Origin: an uncultured Spirochaetaceae bacterium
GTDB taxonomy: Bacteria > Spirochaetota > Spirochaetia > SZUA-6 > RPPD01
Direction: 5' to 3'
Assembly (NCBI GenBank): GCA_964419695.1
Contig: CAYQRT010000002.1
Coordinates: 1 to 29,725, forward strand
DNA length: 29,725 bases
The notes beneath the pieces were generated by a model. That model had not been told where the DNA came from. It searched no databases and saw only the letters and a program-made list of their open reading frames with translations. The translations under genes were made by a program, and so were the position numbers. Below, piece by piece: positions 26,565 through 29,725 of the stretch (the stretch's first letter is position 1; every line of letters begins with the position of its first letter).

Positions 26565-26721
26565 ACCTTCCTGCATAACGCCTGCCTTCTTAAGGGATAG
26601 TGTCCGGGGCCGGACTGCGGGGGGCCCGCTCTCCCGCCTCCCCCGCGCGCCGCCGATGACCGCCCCAGTATGCTTGCGTGTTCCGGTTGTCAAGCTTAAG
26701 GTGCAGGGAGGGTCGAGCCGT

Positions 26722-27651
26722 TCATGTCCCCTCAATCACGACCAGTCCGCCCAGACGGCGTGGATCGATTTCCACGGTGCGTACCAGCGCCTTCAGCTGG
26801 GCCAGCGGAAAGGCGGCGTCTTTGACGAACTCGCCGCCGATCTGCCAGAAGGGGCTTTCCTTAACGATCCAGCGAATGACGGCGCAGAACACCAGGGAGC
26901 TCTTTATTCCCCCCACCGATTCGATGCTGATGGAGATGATCTCCCCTTTGTCCAGGTGATCCTTCTCCAACAAGAGGAGTTTCATGCCCTCGGTCGAAAT
27001 GTCGACCAGGTACGCGTCCACCGAATTATTAATGATCACCTTGGTAAAGATGCTGTGCCTCTGATCCCTGTTCACGAAGGCGGCCTGAGCGCCGGCGCCG
27101 TCCGTCCGTCCCCCCCCGTCGGCGTCCAGCCGTTTGGCCGCCGTTATCCTGGTGCCGCACACGCTGCCTTCTCCCTGCCAGACGGTCTCTCGGCCGTCCC
27201 GGTCTATGAAGACCAAATGGAAGGCGTCCAGCGCCATTTTGGCCGAAACCAATCCAATGCCGAAACGGTTATAGGCGTGGCGTTCACGGTACGCTTGAAA
27301 TTCGGCCGAGGTAATATCGATTTTTTCCGAATCGTCATTGATATTTATCGGTAGTTTCCCCAGATCGAATCCCCCGGCCTGATCCGTGACCACGATCTTC
27401 AAGTAATTCCCCTTGACCGACAATTCGACGATCACCTGCTGCTCCACCAGGCGCTCATGGAGCGCCCTGACCGAATTGGTCACCAGCTCCGTCAGGGCGT
27501 ACTTGAGCAGGATGTTTTCCGATTCCTTGACCGGAAAATCAACCAGCTCAAGAATCTTGAAAAAATCGGCTCCATTAAGCCGGGGTGAGAAATGGATGCT
27601 CAGGTTCTGATAGCAATTGCCTTTGTAGACGATGTAATTCATATGATCCAC
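26722..27651 (-). CDS. HATPase_c (RsbW/anti-sigma kinase-like) domain fused to a C-terminal PilZ-like domain
   Basis: N-box ELVTNS, G1 DQAGGFD, G2 RFGIGL; then RDQR…LVDISTEG and VIRW…IGGEF. Start GTG 27651 or ATG 27642. Confidence 0.78.
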   Translation of the reverse strand: MDHMNYIVYKGNCYQNLSIHFSPRLNGADFFKILELVDFPVKESENILLKYALTELVTNSVRALHERLVEQQVIVELSVKGNYLKIVVTDQAGGFDLGKLPININDDSEKIDITSAEFQAYRERHAYNRFGIGLVSAKMALDAFHLVFIDRDGRETVWQGEGSVCGTRITAAKRLDADGGGRTDGAGAQAAFVNRDQRHSIFTKVIINNSVDAYLVDISTEGMKLLLLEKDHLDKGEIISISIESVGGIKSSLVFCAVIRWIVKESPFWQIGGEFVKDAAFPLAQLKALVRTVEIDPRRLGGLVVIEGT

Positions 27652-27656
27652 AGTGA

Positions 27657-27678
27657 AGTATAGTGATAAATTTCAAAA
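27657..27678 (-). promoter_or_regulatory. -10 box (TATACT) overlapped by a Rex/Crp-Fnr-like palindrome
   Basis: Plus 27661-27678 TAGTGATAAATTTCAAAA; minus-strand TATACT at 27657-27662. Confidence 0.4.
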
Positions 27679-27692
27679 TGAAAAGGACGATT

Positions 27693-28817
27693 TTACCGGG
27701 AGTCATTCCCGCGGTGCGGGGCGGACGGCGTGGATCCGTAACGGAAATGAATCCCGCAGGCACCCTCGGCGCTGACCATGCAGGCTCCCAGGGGCCGTTC
27801 CGGAGAGCATTCCCGCCTGAAAAGCGGACATGACGGCGGATCAAGCCGGCCGCGCATCACGTCGCCGCAGCGGCATCCGGGCGGTTCGGCGGCCGCGGGC
27901 AGGGAGAGGGGGAATTTTCTCCCGGCGTCATAGGAAGCGTACCGCTCGGCGCAGATTAACCCGCTCCCGGGTATGACCCCCAGCCCCCGCCAGGAGGCGT
28001 CGGCCGACCGGAAGACCTCGGCCACCGCCTGGCGGGCCACGGTGTTGCCGTCCGGGGTTACGGCCCTGGTGTACTGTATTTCGGTTTCCGCCCGTCCGGC
28101 CACGGTCTGTTTGAGGAGCAGCAGAACCGAACTGAGCATGTCCGTGGGTTCAAATCCGGAAACCACGCAAGGCAGGCGGAAAGACGACACAAAGTGGTCA
28201 TACATGCGCGCCCCGGCCACCGCGGTGACGTGGCCCGGACAGATGAATCCGTGGAGGCCGATCGATTGCCCGTCCACCAGCGCCGCCATGGCCGCGGGCA
28301 TGGTTTTCAAGGCGGTGAGAACGCTGAAGTTGGCCAGGTTCCGTTCCCCGGCCGTCAGGATGGCCATGGCCACGGTGGGCGCCGTGGTCTCAAACCCGAT
28401 CCCCAGGAAGACGACCTCCTTTTCAGGTGAACGCGCGGCCATCTCCACCGCCTCCAACGGAGAGAGGCAGACACGCACGTCCCGGCCGGCGGACCGGGCT
28501 TCAAGCAGGTTGCCCGCGGTGCCCGGCACCTTGAGCATGTCGCCGAAACTGGCGACGACCGTATCCTCGCGGCCGGACAGCGCCACGGCCGCGTCTATAT
28601 AGTCCTGCGTGGTGACGCACACCGGACAACCGGGGCCGCTTTTCAGACGAAGGTTCTCCGGCAGTAGGCCGTGCAGGCCGTACCGAACGGCGGTCAGCGT
28701 GTGACCGCCGCAAATTTCCATGTAGGAGACGGGCTCCCGCGGCATGAGCGAGCGTATCTCTTCAGCCAGGAACAGCGCCGCCTTTTTATCACGGAATTCA
28801 TCGACAAACCGTATCAC
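27693..28817 (-). CDS. hypD: Hydrogenase maturation protein HypD
   Basis: MEICGGHT, GPGCPVC, GIGFETTAP, PGHV, C-terminal CRCGDV…C.LF…C…P.GACMVSAEGAC. Confidence 0.97.
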   Translation of the reverse strand: MIRFVDEFRDKKAALFLAEEIRSLMPREPVSYMEICGGHTLTAVRYGLHGLLPENLRLKSGPGCPVCVTTQDYIDAAVALSGREDTVVASFGDMLKVPGTAGNLLEARSAGRDVRVCLSPLEAVEMAARSPEKEVVFLGIGFETTAPTVAMAILTAGERNLANFSVLTALKTMPAAMAALVDGQSIGLHGFICPGHVTAVAGARMYDHFVSSFRLPCVVSGFEPTDMLSSVLLLLKQTVAGRAETEIQYTRAVTPDGNTVARQAVAEVFRSADASWRGLGVIPGSGLICAERYASYDAGRKFPLSLPAAAEPPGCRCGDVMRGRLDPPSCPLFRRECSPERPLGACMVSAEGACGIHFRYGSTPSAPHRGNDSR

Positions 28818-29050
28818 GTATTCTCCGATTCCCGGCTCAGGGAATCCATCTCATGAAACAGCCGCAACGTTTCCTCCGCATCGCGCACGTCCAGTTTCTG
28901 GATGGCGAATCCGGCGTGCACCAGCACGTAGTCTCCGACCGCCGCGTCGGGCAGCAAACGGAAGCTGGCCGGATAGCGCACGCCGCCCGATTCCACCGTG
29001 CCGCTTTCCCCGTCACGGATGAGTATTTTCATGGGTACCGCCAGACACAT
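28814..29050 (-). CDS. hypC: Hydrogenase maturation chaperone HypC
   Basis: MCLAVP, VGDYVLVHAGFAI; GGAGG RBS. Confidence 0.97.
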   Translation of the reverse strand: MCLAVPMKILIRDGESGTVESGGVRYPASFRLLPDAAVGDYVLVHAGFAIQKLDVRDAEETLRLFHEMDSLSRESENT

Positions 29051-29725
29051 CAGTTCCTCCTTCGTTCACCCAGGCTGGCGGCCGCCACCGCGGCCTGTCC
29101 CAGGGAGATGCCGCCGTCATTGCAGGGAACCCGGGTGTGAACCACGGGGATTAATCCTGCGGCTTCCAGGCCGTGCATCATTCGCTCCAATAGCAATTTG
29201 TTTAAAAAGCAACCGCCGCTCAACACCACCCGGGTGTGCCCGCGTTCCCGCGCCGCGGCCACGGCTGTTTCTGTCATCACCTGAGCCAATCCGGCGTGAA
29301 AACGGGCGGCGATAGCGGATACCGGCCGTCGGGACTGAAGATCCGCCACCGCCTGCCTGATCGCATGTTTCCAATCAATCCGCCGCAGTCCGTCCCGGGT
29401 TGTGACGGGGAATTCGTATCCTTTTTCATCAGTCCGCCGGTCGGCGCATTGCTCGAACATGACGGCCGGCTGGCCCTCGTAGCGGGTGTCAAGACAGACG
29501 CCGGCCAGGGCGGAGAAGGCGTCGAAGAGCCGGCCGCACCCGGACGTGAGGGGCAATCCCGTGCCGTGTTCCAACTGGTGGACGGTCACCCGGCGCTTTA
29601 TTGAAGGAATCCGCGCCAAAGCCGGTGACAGGTGTTCCTCCCAGTCGCGCCCGAAGGTCGCATGCACACAGGACAGGCTCATGCGCCAGGGTTCGCGTAC
29701 GGCCAGTTCTCCGCCGGGCATGGCC
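29050..29725 (-). CDS. hypF: Carbamoyltransferase HypF, 3' part (starts beyond the right edge)
   Basis: REPWR, TSGCGRLFDA, YEGQPA, IAARFH, LSGGCFLN, VPCNDGGISLGQ. Confidence 0.95.
   Translation of the reverse strand, partial: AMPGGELAVREPWRMSLSCVHATFGRDWEEHLSPALARIPSIKRRVTVHQLEHGTGLPLTSGCGRLFDAFSALAGVCLDTRYEGQPAVMFEQCADRRTDEKGYEFPVTTRDGLRRIDWKHAIRQAVADLQSRRPVSAIAARFHAGLAQVMTETAVAAARERGHTRVVLSGGCFLNKLLLERMMHGLEAAGLIPVVHTRVPCNDGGISLGQAAVAAASLGERRRN

Noticed and set aside
10535-26735. Long N-terminal extensions given by the ORF track for rnfD, DUF212, mlaE, mlaD, the P-loop protein and hypE
   Set aside because: Extensions overlap upstream genes or promoters; downstream starts fit RBS, gene overlaps and family lengths better
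26005-27354. 449-aa plus-strand ORF
   Set aside because: Antisense to hypE and the kinase-PilZ gene; composition typical of a shadow frame
1-29725. CRISPR array, tRNA/rRNA, IS/prophage, programmed frameshift
   Set aside because: No repeat-spacer periodicity, cloverleaf, transposase or integrase motif seen; homopolymer runs (for example near 1530 and 4925) stay in frame

Overview
GC-rich bacterial chromosomal window, most consistent with an anaerobic spirochaete (inferred from gene content, a spirochaete-style lipoprotein and the Rnf neighbourhood). Left to right: the 5' 653 codons of a class II (B12) ribonucleotide reductase (minus strand, runs off the left edge); a lipoprotein and hisC; an FN3-like/TPR secreted protein; a GH57 protein lacking its catalytic nucleophile; a minus-strand operon DUF212 phosphatase - 593-aa unknown membrane protein - rnfCDGEAB; a divergent mlaEFD-type ABC transporter with a pseudouridine synthase; a P-loop/Asp23-like protein; a secreted degenerate-gluzincin/TPR protein; hisS, DUF167 and an EF-G paralogue; and a convergent hypF(partial)-hypC-hypD-[HATPase-PilZ gene]-hypE cluster. 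I found no rRNA, tRNA, CRISPR array or mobile element. Best leads: (1) the extended, non-canonical Rnf operon (two extra coupled genes, Ser at both flavinylation sites, an RnfG insertion, RnfB missing one Fe-S cluster); (2) an anti-sigma-kinase-like/PilZ fusion inside the hydrogenase maturation cluster, with a Rex/Crp-Fnr-like palindrome over its promoter. All family calls come from motif recognition by eye; no database search was run.
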